A DNA stretch of 56,733 bases from Candidatus Tayloriibacteriota bacterium (GCA_016188455.1 JACPHR010000021.1:1-56733); one strand, 5' to 3'. Shown: positions 16,162 through 25,398, numbered from the stretch's first letter. Numbers and translations are program-made. Notes: generated from the letters alone by a model not told the origin.

Positions 16162-17259
16162 ATGAAAGTTGAATGTGTACAGAATAAACTGAGCGAGGCT
16201 TTGTACCAAGCGGAAAAAATTACCGGCAAAAATTTAAACCTGCCGGTGCTCTCGTGCGTTTACATTGAAGCGAAAAAAGGCCACCTTTTGTTGCGCGCCA
16301 CCAATCTAGACCTTGGCTTTCAGAGTACTGTGCCGGCCAAAGTGGATGCTGAAGGAATAGTAGCTGTGCCGGCCGGCGCCTTAAGCACCTTCATTGCCAA
16401 CCTTCCGCGGGAAAAAAGCGTTAAACTGGAAAGCAGCAGCACGCTTTCAGTCATTACCCATAAAAGCCGAAGCACCATCAAATGCCTGCCTCACGAGGAT
16501 TTCCCGACGATTCCCGAACTGCCGAAAACCGAAGTCCGCGAAATGCCAGCCAAGGATTTTGTTTCGGGCCTTAAGGCGGTCTGGTACAGCTCGTCAATTT
16601 CAAGCATTAAGCCGGAGCTCTCCAGTGTGTGCGTCTACCCGGAAGAACATGAGATGGTTTTCGCGGCTACTGATTCTTTTCGGCTGGCCGAAAAAAAGAT
16701 AAAGACCAAAGGACTAAAGGAATTTGAGCGCGTGCTCATCCCTTTCAAAAATGTGGCGGAAATTATCAGAGTGCTCGAGCGGGCGGAAGGGGTGGTTGAA
16801 ATCCGCTTCAGCAAACACCAGATAGCTTTCGCTTTTGACGGCACCTATCTCACCTCCCGGGTGGTTGACGGCACCTTTCCCGATTACCGCCAGATTATTC
16901 CCAAAGAATTTAAAACCGAAGCGGTGCTCTTGAAGGAAGACCTGATACAATCTCTGAAAATCAGCACCATTTTCAGCGACGCTTTCAACCAGGTGAGCAT
17001 GTCCATCGCGCCGAGCGCGAAGCGTTTTTCCCTGACCGCCAAAAACGCCTCTCTCGGAGAAAATACCACCACCCTTGACGCCGCCCTGTCGGGCGCCGAT
17101 GCCGAAGCCAATTTCAATTTCCGCTACATAGCCGACTGCCTCCAGGCCATCGGTGCCGACAGCGTCTCTCTCTCCTTCGCCGGCCCGAGCCGGCCAGTGG
17201 TCATCCGCGGGGTTTCGGACAAGAGTTTTACTTATCTGGTGATGCCGATGAACAGGTAG
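16162..17259 (+). CDS. dnaN: DNA polymerase III beta sliding clamp
   Basis: 365 aa, three-domain length, canonical position after dnaA. LRATNLDLG, DSFRLAE and the C-terminal ..YLVMPMN.. are typical of DnaN. Confidence 0.9.
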   Translation: MKVECVQNKLSEALYQAEKITGKNLNLPVLSCVYIEAKKGHLLLRATNLDLGFQSTVPAKVDAEGIVAVPAGALSTFIANLPREKSVKLESSSTLSVITHKSRSTIKCLPHEDFPTIPELPKTEVREMPAKDFVSGLKAVWYSSSISSIKPELSSVCVYPEEHEMVFAATDSFRLAEKKIKTKGLKEFERVLIPFKNVAEIIRVLERAEGVVEIRFSKHQIAFAFDGTYLTSRVVDGTFPDYRQIIPKEFKTEAVLLKEDLIQSLKISTIFSDAFNQVSMSIAPSAKRFSLTAKNASLGENTTTLDAALSGADAEANFNFRYIADCLQAIGADSVSLSFAGPSRPVVIRGVSDKSFTYLVMPMNR

Positions 17260-17327
17260 TATGCGAATGGCGTTCACTAATACGCACCCTCGAACAAGCT
17301 TAGTTTGGCATTCGTATCATTCGCATA
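17259..17327. repeat. family-A-like short palindromic element downstream of dnaN
   Basis: GTATGCGAATGGCGTTCACTAATACGC...GGCATTCGTATCATTCGCATA. Confidence 0.5.
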
Positions 17328-17361
17328 GAGATTTTTCATACTTTCTCTACCCCCTATACCT

Positions 17362-17401
17362 GTCCATTGATAAGATTGCTATAGCAATCTTATCAATGGA
17401 C
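17362..17401. terminator. 40-bp perfect palindrome between convergent dnaN and PBP1A
   Basis: GTCCATTGATAAGATTGCTATAGCAATCTTATCAATGGAC. Its position fits a bidirectional terminator, but there is no U-run. Confidence 0.45.
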
Positions 17402-17567
17402 GGTTGACGGCTTGTCAGTTTGTCGGGAGGAGATTTACCTTAAACGGGGATTTGGCCTCCCCGCGGTTGAGGACGCTGTCGTAAACCACAACCCGGATTT
17501 CATTTTCGGCCGAGAGGTTTTCCATATCGGCCGGCGCGAAACTGAGACTCCACGGGAGGCGGTTGGC

Positions 17568-20045
17568 CTAGCCGATGAAGTTATCGTTTATGAAATAGTC
17601 AATTTTTGCCACGGGGAACTTCCCCGTGATGTTTAGGGCAATAACCGCGTTTTGATTTTTAGAGTAAACCAGATTCGGGTTCGGGTTAATGAAGCTAACT
17701 TTTGGCGCGAACTCCGGACGGTGCATGGAGTCTTCCGCCGTCGGCATAACCGCCGACGTTTCCTCAACGATATGGTTTTCTGCCACCCATTTTCTTATCG
17801 GGTATTCCCAAAGCTTGAACTGCGGGTCGTCCGCCGGATTGCTTGGCGGCGGTCCGTTGGGGTTGTTTTTATCGAGCCAATAGAGAATGGAATGAATTTG
17901 TTTGACCACCCGCTCCTCGCGCAGCTCCAGCGGCGTAAACTCGGTGGCCCTTTCGCCGGAAAGTTTGTTGACGAAGTAGGCCTGACCGCCCTGCCAGAAG
18001 CCGTTGAGCACCGGCTTCAGTGCCGTTTTATCTTCAATCGCCGCCGGTTTCTTCCAAGTTTCCACCGGGTATTGTTTAAGCGTCTCTTTGATAAAGGCGT
18101 TCCAAAACGGCGCCACGATAAAGCCGGCGATTTTTTTCACCATCGGGCTGTTGTCGTTGTTGCCAGCCCAGGCTCCCACGGCGAGGTTCGGCGTGTAGCC
18201 CAGTATCCAGGCGTCGCGGTAGTCGTTGGTGGTGCCGGTTTTGGCGGCCACGGGCCTGCCTTCTATGTACAACGTTCCGTGAACTCCGAATTCAGGAGCG
18301 CGCGCCGCGTCATCGCTTAAGATGTCATTTATCAAAAGGGCGGTTTGCTCGGGCAGGACCTTTATGGGGCGCGGTTCAAAGGATTCCAGTACTTTGCCGG
18401 TCTTATCCTCAACGCGCAAAATTCCTTGGTACGGATTTCTGAAGCCGCCCGCCGCCAACACCGAATAGGCTTCGGTCATATCCATCAAAGACACTTCGCC
18501 GCCGCCCAAGACCAAGGTCAGGCCGTACTGGCCGACGTTGGTGAGGCTTTTGATGCCCATGTCTTTCGCCAGACGGAGCGAATCTTTGAGGCCGGCGAGA
18601 TAAAGCACTTTAATGGCGGGGATGTTTCTTGATTGCGCCAAGGCGTTTCGGAGGCTGATGGGGCCGAGATATTTACCGTCAAAATTTTCCGGCATGTAGC
18701 ATTTGTCCTCGTTGCCTTTGATTATCGGCGCGCCGTCTGGGTTACAGTCGGTGTCAAATTCGGTGGCCAGGTCAAAAACCATCGTATCTGGAGTGTAGCC
18801 TTTATTGAAAGCTTCGGCGTAGACAATCGGCTTAAAAGACGAGCCGGGCTGGCGATGGGCGAGGGCGACGTTAAAGTTGCCGTCAATTTCTTTGTCAAAA
18901 TAATCCCGCGAGCCGAGCATCGCGAGAATTTGGCCGGTTTTCGGGTCAAGTGCCACCAAGGAGAGGTTTTCGGCGTTGAAATTTTTCTTATTGTCCGGGG
19001 CGAACTGCTTGGCCAGCGCCTCGGCTTTTTGTTGCAGGCCGTAATCAAGGGTGGTCGTAACCCTAAGGCCGCCTCGCTCAATGGCGGCTTGGCCGTAAGT
19101 GTCCTCCAGGTATTGGCGGATGAACATCACGAAGTGGGGCGCCTTAATGCCGAGATTTTCCTGCGATCTGAAAGTGGATGTACACCTTGTTACCGGTTCT
19201 TTAATAGAAGGGATGGATTTTTCCGCCGCAGCCCCAACGTATTTCTGGTTAGTTGTTGAACTAGGGAAACAAACAACCTCTTTTTTTGCGCTGTCATATT
19301 CAGCTTGACTTAGGAATTTCTTTTCAAGCATTTTTGAAAGAACCAGATTTTTTCTGTCCTCAAGCTGTTGTTTGTTGTTGCCGTAAGGAGAGTAATAACT
19401 GGGAGCGTTGGGCAGAGACGCTAGGTAAGCCGCCTCGGCGATGCTCAGGTCCAGGGCTTTTTTGCCGAAATAAGTTTCGCTGGCTTCTTCAATGCCGTAG
19501 ACAGTGCCGCCGTAAGGCGCGTCGTTTAGGTACAAATCCAGAATCTCGGTTTTTGAAAGCAACCGTTCAAGCTTAAACGCCAAAATCCACTCTTTGAGCT
19601 TTCTGGAAATCTTTTTTTCCGTGGTCAGCAGGGAATTTTTCACCACTTGCTGAGTGATGGTTGAACCGCCCTGGCTGAAGCTCCCCGCCCCGATGTTGGC
19701 GAGGACGGCCCGGAAGATTGAAGTGAGCTTGATGCCGCGGTGCTCGTAAAAATCGCTGTCCTCAATCGCCACCGTGGCGTTTTTGATGTTTCGGGAAATC
19801 TCATTGTCCAAAACGACGCTTCTTTTGACACCGCGATTGAGGTCGTAGAGGAGGATTTCGCCCGTGCGGTCGTAGATTTTGGTTGATTGGCTGACCTTGC
19901 GCTCGCTGAAGGCGGAGAGGTCGGGGAGGGTGAAGGTTGAAACCCATAAGAAAAGAGTGCCGACGGCAAAAAAACCCAAAACCCCCGTCCACAAGGCTAT
20001 TTCCTTAAGGCGATGTTTCCGTAGTTTGAGAATGCGGCGGCGCAT
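17568..20045 (-). CDS. bifunctional class A penicillin-binding protein (PBP1A-type glycosyltransferase/transpeptidase)
   Basis: N-terminal TM helix, GT51 motifs (EDSDFYEHRGI, GGSTITQQ, RKLKEW) and transpeptidase motifs SSFKP (SxxK), SRN and KTGTT. Confidence 0.9.
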   Translation of the reverse strand: MRRRILKLRKHRLKEIALWTGVLGFFAVGTLFLWVSTFTLPDLSAFSERKVSQSTKIYDRTGEILLYDLNRGVKRSVVLDNEISRNIKNATVAIEDSDFYEHRGIKLTSIFRAVLANIGAGSFSQGGSTITQQVVKNSLLTTEKKISRKLKEWILAFKLERLLSKTEILDLYLNDAPYGGTVYGIEEASETYFGKKALDLSIAEAAYLASLPNAPSYYSPYGNNKQQLEDRKNLVLSKMLEKKFLSQAEYDSAKKEVVCFPSSTTNQKYVGAAAEKSIPSIKEPVTRCTSTFRSQENLGIKAPHFVMFIRQYLEDTYGQAAIERGGLRVTTTLDYGLQQKAEALAKQFAPDNKKNFNAENLSLVALDPKTGQILAMLGSRDYFDKEIDGNFNVALAHRQPGSSFKPIVYAEAFNKGYTPDTMVFDLATEFDTDCNPDGAPIIKGNEDKCYMPENFDGKYLGPISLRNALAQSRNIPAIKVLYLAGLKDSLRLAKDMGIKSLTNVGQYGLTLVLGGGEVSLMDMTEAYSVLAAGGFRNPYQGILRVEDKTGKVLESFEPRPIKVLPEQTALLINDILSDDAARAPEFGVHGTLYIEGRPVAAKTGTTNDYRDAWILGYTPNLAVGAWAGNNDNSPMVKKIAGFIVAPFWNAFIKETLKQYPVETWKKPAAIEDKTALKPVLNGFWQGGQAYFVNKLSGERATEFTPLELREERVVKQIHSILYWLDKNNPNGPPPSNPADDPQFKLWEYPIRKWVAENHIVEETSAVMPTAEDSMHRPEFAPKVSFINPNPNLVYSKNQNAVIALNITGKFPVAKIDYFINDNFIG

Positions 20046-20107
20046 ACCCGCCTATCATAACATGAGGACAGGAGATTTTAACAAACATTTTGTGTTAGAA
20101 TGGCGGG

Positions 20108-21307
20108 ATGGAAAATCAGGATAAAATTGACGAACTTCTTACCCGCGGGGTGGAGCGAGTTTACCCAAGCAAGGAATTTCTTAAAGCAAGGCTAGAGAGC
20201 GGTCAACAATTGACCATATATTATGGTATTGATCCGACTAGCCCGACTCTTCATCTGGGGCACGCCGTCAACTTGCTAAAATTGCGGGCCTTTCAAGATT
20301 TGGGCCACCAGGTTATCATTCTTTATGGAGGCTTTACCGCTCAAATCGGAGACCCTACTGACAAATTGGCCACGCGTCAGCCGCTTTCCTCGGGGCAAAT
20401 TAAAAAAAACGTATCTAGATACAAAAAGTTGATCGGCAAAGTGCTTAATTTGAAGAAAGCCAATATCCGATTTTTAGACAACGAGCAATGGAGTAACAAA
20501 CTTAAACCAAGGGATTTAATGGATCTGGCATCAAAGTTTACGGTGCCGCAACTCTTGGAGCGCGACATGTTTCAAGAGCGGATCAAACAAGGGAAAGAAA
20601 TCCGCCTGCATGAGTTTCTTTATCCGTTATTCCAAGCTTATGACGCTGTTACCATGGATGTTGATATCCAGCTTGGCGGTAATGACCAGACCTTCAACAT
20701 GCTCGCCGGGCGGACCTTGATGCGTAAAATGAAGAACAGAGAAAAAGCCGTGCTTGCCATGAAGATGCTGGTGGACCCAACGGGTAAAAAGATGGGCAAG
20801 ACCGAAGGTAACATGGTTTCTCTAGATGAAAAACCCGATATGATGTTCGGTAAAATTATGAGCTGGCCGGACGACATGATTGTCCTGGGTTTTGAACTAT
20901 GCACGGCCACTCCACTCGCGGAGGTTACTCGGGTAAAAACCGATTTAGCCGGGGGTAAAAACCCACGCGACTCAAAACTTTTGCTAGCCGAGTCTGTTGT
21001 GGCAATTTATCACGGCGTTCCCAAGGCGAAACGCGCCAGAGAAAATTTTCTCAAGACATTCAGCGAAGGGAAAACTCCCGATGACATCAGGGAGTTCAAA
21101 TCCACTGCTGGCTCGCTCCTTTCCGACTGCCTGCTAACGGCGGGAATCATTTCTTCCAAAGCAGAGTGGCGGCGGCTTGTTGGCGAGAATGCCGTAAGCA
21201 TGATTTCACCGGACGGGACGACGAAAATTGCCGACTTTAATTTTAAAGTCGGCAATTCCGCGGTTTTTAAAATCGGCAAGCACCGGTTTTTGAGAATTGT
21301 CTCATAG
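20108..21307 (+). CDS. tyrS: tyrosine--tRNA ligase
   Basis: HIGH motif (PTLHLGHAV), GDPT.K, KMSKS-type KKMGKTEGN and a C-terminal S4-like domain. Confidence 0.9.
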   Translation: MENQDKIDELLTRGVERVYPSKEFLKARLESGQQLTIYYGIDPTSPTLHLGHAVNLLKLRAFQDLGHQVIILYGGFTAQIGDPTDKLATRQPLSSGQIKKNVSRYKKLIGKVLNLKKANIRFLDNEQWSNKLKPRDLMDLASKFTVPQLLERDMFQERIKQGKEIRLHEFLYPLFQAYDAVTMDVDIQLGGNDQTFNMLAGRTLMRKMKNREKAVLAMKMLVDPTGKKMGKTEGNMVSLDEKPDMMFGKIMSWPDDMIVLGFELCTATPLAEVTRVKTDLAGGKNPRDSKLLLAESVVAIYHGVPKAKRARENFLKTFSEGKTPDDIREFKSTAGSLLSDCLLTAGIISSKAEWRRLVGENAVSMISPDGTTKIADFNFKVGNSAVFKIGKHRFLRIVS

Positions 21308-21395
21308 CCTTTTCTCATAGCCCTTGGAAAAATTCCCTCCTTTCTATTTGAATAAATAAACCATGGTCTAGTTATTCAAATAAGGTGAAAGAACC

Positions 21396-21420
21396 AAAAA
21401 CTCCCCATGGGGAGTTTTTT
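21396..21420. terminator. rho-independent terminator (bidirectional shape)
   Basis: AAAAACTCCCCATGGGGAGTTTTTT is a GC stem flanked by A- and T-runs. It lies downstream of tyrS and of the small minus-strand ORF at 21423..21518. Confidence 0.7.
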
Positions 21421-21422
21421 GA

Positions 21423-21518
21423 TTACAGCAAGTCCACCTCCTCCTCGTCGCCTAAATCTGGCGACGCTTCTTCCATCAAATCGGGGTCCAACGGCTTGTC
21501 CTCATCCTCGCTATCCAT
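21423..21518 (-). CDS. possible 31-aa highly acidic peptide
   Basis: Hand translation gives MDSEDEDKPLDPDLMEEASPDLGDEEEVDLL*. The stop is directly followed by the terminator at 21396-21420. Not in the ORF track (<60 aa) and no homology assessed. Confidence 0.25.
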   Translation of the reverse strand: MDSEDEDKPLDPDLMEEASPDLGDEEEVDLL

Positions 21519-21677
21519 AGGCAAGAGATTAATTGGTAATGGATTATTTTCTCTGAGCCGAAAAATTTTCTAAGAAAGTAACCCTAGTGCCATAGTTGTA
21601 TCAAAAATAGTTTTTTTTGCAAACAAAGGGTACCTGTGGATAAGGTCGCTCGCGTACTTGCCCGCGAGGACGCGGAT

Positions 21678-21710
21678 AAATCCGCCCCGACGCACGTCGG
21701 GGCGGATTTT
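21678..21710 (-). terminator. terminator hairpin directly after ruvC
   Basis: AAATCCGCCCCGACGCACGTCGGGGCGGATTTT has an 11-bp GC-rich stem with a flanking T/A run. Confidence 0.65.
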
Positions 21711-21711
21711 C

Positions 21712-22206
21712 CTACGCTCGGCTTGCCATTGTCAAATGTTTTTCTCGCGCGAAGTAGGTAAGACCCAAGGCGATGGCGTCGTACTCGTCGTCCTCTTTGA
21801 TTTTTTTCTTGACCGCCAAGAGTTTCTCCACCATAAATTTCACCTGCTCTTTGGTGCATCGGCCGTAACCGGTAACCGCCACTTTCACTTCAAGCGGCGT
21901 GTACTCGGCGACTTGGAGTCCGGCTCGCGACGCTTCGTAGATAATGGCGCCGCGGGCTTCGGAGACGAGCATGGCGGTTTTTTGGTTGCCGGCGAAGAAA
22001 AGTTTTTCAATAGCGAGGTATTTGGGCTTGAATTTTTTTATAACGCGCACGATTTCTTTTCCAAGCACCGCCAAGCGAGCAGGGTGTTTCTCCTCTCGCA
22101 ATGTCTTGAAGCATTCCGAAAACAGTAAAACTTCCTTGACGGATATTTTTTCCAGCACGGCCAACCCTATTTTTTCATAGCCAGGATCCACTGCTAAAAT
22201 TCTCAT
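21712..22206 (-). CDS. ruvC: crossover junction endodeoxyribonuclease RuvC
   Basis: MRILAVDPGYEKIGLAVLE.., ..AIEKLFF.., ..DDEYDAIALGL.. are the RuvC catalytic acidic motifs. Confidence 0.9.
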   Translation of the reverse strand: MRILAVDPGYEKIGLAVLEKISVKEVLLFSECFKTLREEKHPARLAVLGKEIVRVIKKFKPKYLAIEKLFFAGNQKTAMLVSEARGAIIYEASRAGLQVAEYTPLEVKVAVTGYGRCTKEQVKFMVEKLLAVKKKIKEDDEYDAIALGLTYFAREKHLTMASRA

Positions 22207-22305
22207 AAGAGAATTTTAGCAGTAACCGGCGACAATTAACAATTGACCTTTGACAGTCAAATATTAAAGATTAATGGTCAAAAGCAGAAGTTTTCATAAA
22301 GGCAG

Positions 22306-22872
22306 TCATTCCGCGTTTATGAAAACTTCCTGCACCTCGTCATTCTCCTCAAGTTCCTCCACCAGTTGCTGAAGCCTTTTCAAATCGGTTTCTTCCAGGG
22401 GTATAGTGATTGTCGGTTTCCATTTCCCGTAATTATTCGTGTCATTCGCGCCCATTAGTGCATTGGTGTCGTGTTTTTTGAATGCCCACAGGGCGCTTCC
22501 TTGTCCGGCGAGCGTGAAGCCGTGCTTCCCCAGAATAAATTTAATTTCCTGAGCCGCCTTGTTGCGGTTCTCGGTCAGGGCTTCAATGATAAGCGCGCAT
22601 CCGCCCGGGCCATAAGCCTCGTATGTAATTCCTTCAAGCACCGCAGAATTATCAGTGGCTTTTTTAATCGCCCGCTCGATATTATCATTTGGCATGTTCT
22701 CCGCCTTAGCTCGCTCAATCATGGCCTTTAGCCCGGGTGATTCTCGATTGCCTTTGGCTTTTTTCGCCTCCGCCGCTATCAGTTTGCCGTACTTAGAAAA
22801 TGCCCTGCTCTTCTGAGCGTCGGTTTTTTCCTTTTGTCTTTTTATCTGCGACCATTTATTATGCCCGGACAT
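22306..22872 (-). CDS. yebC: YebC/PmpR-family transcriptional regulator (short form)
   Basis: MSGHNKWSQIKRQK..D..K...F.K........A.., ENMPNDNIERAIKKA, YEAYGPGGCALIIEALTENRN. The C-terminal domain is shortened and contains a repeat-like insert (see findings). Confidence 0.85.
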   Translation of the reverse strand: MSGHNKWSQIKRQKEKTDAQKSRAFSKYGKLIAAEAKKAKGNRESPGLKAMIERAKAENMPNDNIERAIKKATDNSAVLEGITYEAYGPGGCALIIEALTENRNKAAQEIKFILGKHGFTLAGQGSALWAFKKHDTNALMGANDTNNYGKWKPTITIPLEETDLKRLQQLVEELEENDEVQEVFINAE

Positions 22873-23015
22873 GGAATAGTTGATAGTAAGTAGCCTTAGC
22901 TCACCTTATTAGCAGAGCTTTTCAAGTTTTCACCAGGACTTCCCTTTGTCGTTTCTCTTTTTTGAATTACAGTGCATTCTGATGTTCTCAAGAACATCAG
23001 AACATGCTTGAAATT

Positions 23016-23213
23016 TCAATTTGAGAGCCGTTCTACCGCTTCTCGGATTTTTTCCTGCCACTGTCCGGTATGAACAAAGCGCCTAACATTTGGGATATCT
23101 CTTAAAAGTTGGCCTCGCGTTCTTACTTTTTTTGCTATAGCAGCCCAAGTTGTCTCAAGAATACGGTCAACCGCTTCTTCGTCAAGCGATTCAGGTTTTA
23201 CATTAACGCGCAC
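23016..23213 (-). CDS. hypothetical protein (start uncertain; frame open further upstream)
   Basis: 65-aa ORF with a GTG start. The same frame stays open well upstream and overlaps 23264..23608. A hairpin at 22978-23003 follows the stop. Confidence 0.3.
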   Translation of the reverse strand: MRVNVKPESLDEEAVDRILETTWAAIAKKVRTRGQLLRDIPNVRRFVHTGQWQEKIREAVERLSN

Positions 23214-23263
23214 GGTAAGCGGAATGGCGAAACCGGCATTGCCAATCCATTCGCAATCAATTA

Positions 23264-23608
23264 CTACAACCGAATTCTTTCCGCATGTTGCTTCGGAGTT
23301 TCTTGGGCATTTGCACCAGATTCTTTTTCTTTGGTGTCCAGCGGCGCGCTCGGGACGGATTTTTCTTCTACGGCGACCCTAAACACTGCTATATCTTTAG
23401 CTTCTTTGGCCGTTTGTTCTCTGACGGAGACGGCGAGACCATGCTCCTGGCAGAAGTCTTGAAACGCGTTCGCTTCTTCTCTTGTGCTGAAAGTAAGGGT
23501 GCCGGTATGAACGTCAATGTTGTCCGCCGAGCCGAGGTCGCGGGCCAAGGCGAGCATTTGTTTTGTTTCCGTCTTTTCAATTTCCGGTGTTGAGATTTGT
23601 TCTCGCAT
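23264..23608 (-). CDS. hypothetical protein
   Basis: 114-aa ORF between ruvB and yebC on the same strand. No family recognised. Confidence 0.35.
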   Translation of the reverse strand: MREQISTPEIEKTETKQMLALARDLGSADNIDVHTGTLTFSTREEANAFQDFCQEHGLAVSVREQTAKEAKDIAVFRVAVEEKSVPSAPLDTKEKESGANAQETPKQHAERIRL

Positions 23609-23681
23609 AGAGATACATTATCACACCTCGTTTGTGTGTTGCAACCCCTACCTTCCTTTGCGGCGCATAGAGAGGTGTGAC

Positions 23682-24734
23682 TTACAAAAGCGTCCGTTTG
23701 ATGCCGTTTAGATGTTCAAAAGCTTTGGGAGTGGCGGTGCGGCCGCGCGCCGTGCGTTCAATGAGGCCGAGCTGCAGGAGGTAGGGTTCGTGCACCTCTT
23801 CAATGGTTGATTGTTCTTCTGAGAGCGCGGCCGAGAGAGTGTTCAGTCCCACCGGCCCGCCGCCGAATTTTTCAATAATGGTTGAAAGCAGCGCCCGATC
23901 AGAGGGTTGAAGTCCAAGCGCGTCCACTCCCAAAAGTTCAAGTGCCTTTTCGACGGTTTGCATATCAAGCACGCCGCGTTGTATCTGCGCAAAGTCGCGA
24001 CAACGTTTGAGAAGGTAATTGGCGGTGCGCGGGGTAAATCTGCTTCTCTTGGCGATTTCTTTTGACGCCGTTTTTTCCACTTCCACTCCCAGAATTTTAG
24101 CCGAGCGCTTGATAATCTCTTCAATTTCTTCCGGCGTATAAAATTCCAGCCGAAAAACGCCGCCGCCGAAGCGGGAGCGAAGAGGGGAGGAGAGAAGCGC
24201 GATGCGAGTGGTGGCCGCAATCAAAGTAAAAGGAGGCAATTCAAGCTGAATGGTTCGGGCTGATGGCCCTTTGCCGATAATAATATCAAGCTTTCCCGAT
24301 TCCATGGCGGGGTAGAGAATTTCCTCAATGGCTTTATTCAAACGATGAACTTCGTCAATAAAAAGCACGTCGCCCGGCGAGAGATTGGTGAGTACTGACG
24401 CAAGATCGCCGACTTTTTCAATAGCGGGGCCCGATGTGACTTTGATTTGGGCGCCGATTTCTTTGGCAATGAGATGGGCGAGGGTGGTTTTGCCAAGACC
24501 GGCTGGGCCGTAGAAGAGCAGATGCTCCGGCGGGTGTTTTCGCTCGCCGGCGGCGGTCAAAAGTATCCGCAGATTTTCCTTAATGTTTTTTTGGCCGATA
24601 TAATCGTTCCAACGGCTCGGTCTAAGGGCCTGGTCGAGGAAGATTTCTTCACCCAAAAGGGCTTTTTCCGCCGGGGGGTCCTCGATTTTTTCACTCTTTT
24701 TGCTCACACGAGACCTGTTAAGGATTCTTGACAT
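23682..24734 (-). CDS. ruvB: Holliday junction branch migration helicase RuvB
   Basis: Walker A GPAGLGKTTLA, Walker B LFIDEVHRL, sensor regions and winged-helix C-terminus (PRGTPRIANRLL-type: TPRTANYLLKR). Confidence 0.95.
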   Translation of the reverse strand: MSRILNRSRVSKKSEKIEDPPAEKALLGEEIFLDQALRPSRWNDYIGQKNIKENLRILLTAAGERKHPPEHLLFYGPAGLGKTTLAHLIAKEIGAQIKVTSGPAIEKVGDLASVLTNLSPGDVLFIDEVHRLNKAIEEILYPAMESGKLDIIIGKGPSARTIQLELPPFTLIAATTRIALLSSPLRSRFGGGVFRLEFYTPEEIEEIIKRSAKILGVEVEKTASKEIAKRSRFTPRTANYLLKRCRDFAQIQRGVLDMQTVEKALELLGVDALGLQPSDRALLSTIIEKFGGGPVGLNTLSAALSEEQSTIEEVHEPYLLQLGLIERTARGRTATPKAFEHLNGIKRTLL

Positions 24735-25398
24735 AAAAACTTTTGTGTGCTAAACTCTTCTCGGTTAGAGATTTGTCGCGTCTGACGTATTTTTTGGAAA
24801 ACTTCCACTTCTTCCTTCCAAGATATAAATCTCTAAGCAATTGCCCCCCACTTTTGATTTCACCCTCACAAGGGAGAAATTGAGTTGTCTCACAAACAAA
24901 GGCAAAGATGAAATCAAAAGTGGGGGGTTCCTAGTATTTTTTTGAGGACATTCTGGTTACCCCGTTCGCGGGGTTGGCTGGGGTTATCCTTGGGAATCTA
25001 CTTAACTTTTAGTACGGATATTAAAAGCATTGCTTAGAGATTTATGTTTTGGAAGACCTGCCCGCCCAAGTTTTGTCTGACAAAACTTGGGCGGGGTGAT
25101 TTCTTCGGCCTCTCCTATAGTACCCCCGCCATTTTCTAAAGGCAACGGCTAAAAACTTTCTAACAGGAAAAATACGCAGGGGCAAGTTCTCTGTCCTTTC
25201 TTCTTTTTATCAAGTTTCTTAACTTGATATTCCAGCGAGGGTGGTTCTCCGAGCGGGTTAGCGGAGCAATCGTAAAAAATCAGAAAATTTTAGGAAAATG
25301 AAACTGTTTGACCCCGCATTGCAGGGGGGGGTTCATTTTCGGTCAAGAAATTTTCTTGATTTTTGAGATTGCGGAGCGCTTCAAAGAACTATCCAAGC
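24735..25398 (+). other. 664-bp non-coding island with nested long helices (candidate structured RNA or nested palindromic elements)
   Basis: There is no credible ORF. The outer helix 24816-24844 / 25027-25055 (~29 bp with two G-U pairs valid only on the plus strand) encloses a 19-bp perfect hairpin (24844-24862 / 24909-24927) and a C(UUCG)G hairpin (24960-24973). Further hairpins lie at 25059-25097, 25208-25228 and 25293-25341. Confidence 0.35.

Noticed and set aside
17412-19576. Multiple plus-strand ORFs (17412..17636, 17652..18320, 18345..18632, 18633..19259, 19286..19576) opposite the PBP1A gene
   Set aside because: All lie antisense within a gene that has unambiguous GT51 and transpeptidase motifs, and their translations have no recognisable features.
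21385-21573. 62-aa plus-strand ORF after tyrS
   Set aside because: Its GTG start lies within the stem of the terminator at 21396-21420, and the product is Ser-rich low complexity. The opposite-strand acidic micro-ORF is marginally more plausible, and even that has low confidence.
23016-23608. Single frameshifted gene spanning 23016..23608
   Set aside because: The downstream frame is open far upstream and overlaps the 114-aa ORF. Without homology I cannot distinguish a frameshift from two small genes, so both are kept as low-confidence ORFs.
24735-25398. RNase P RNA, tmRNA, SRP RNA or 6S RNA in the ruvB-pilB spacer
   Set aside because: I could not find the universal motifs on either strand. 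These are GGAAAGUCC / ACAGAA.CCGGCUUA for RNase P, the tRNA-like GGGG..5' end plus T-arm..CCA 3' end and a tag ORF for tmRNA, and GGAAGCAGC-type domain IV for SRP. Only a covariance-model search could settle it.
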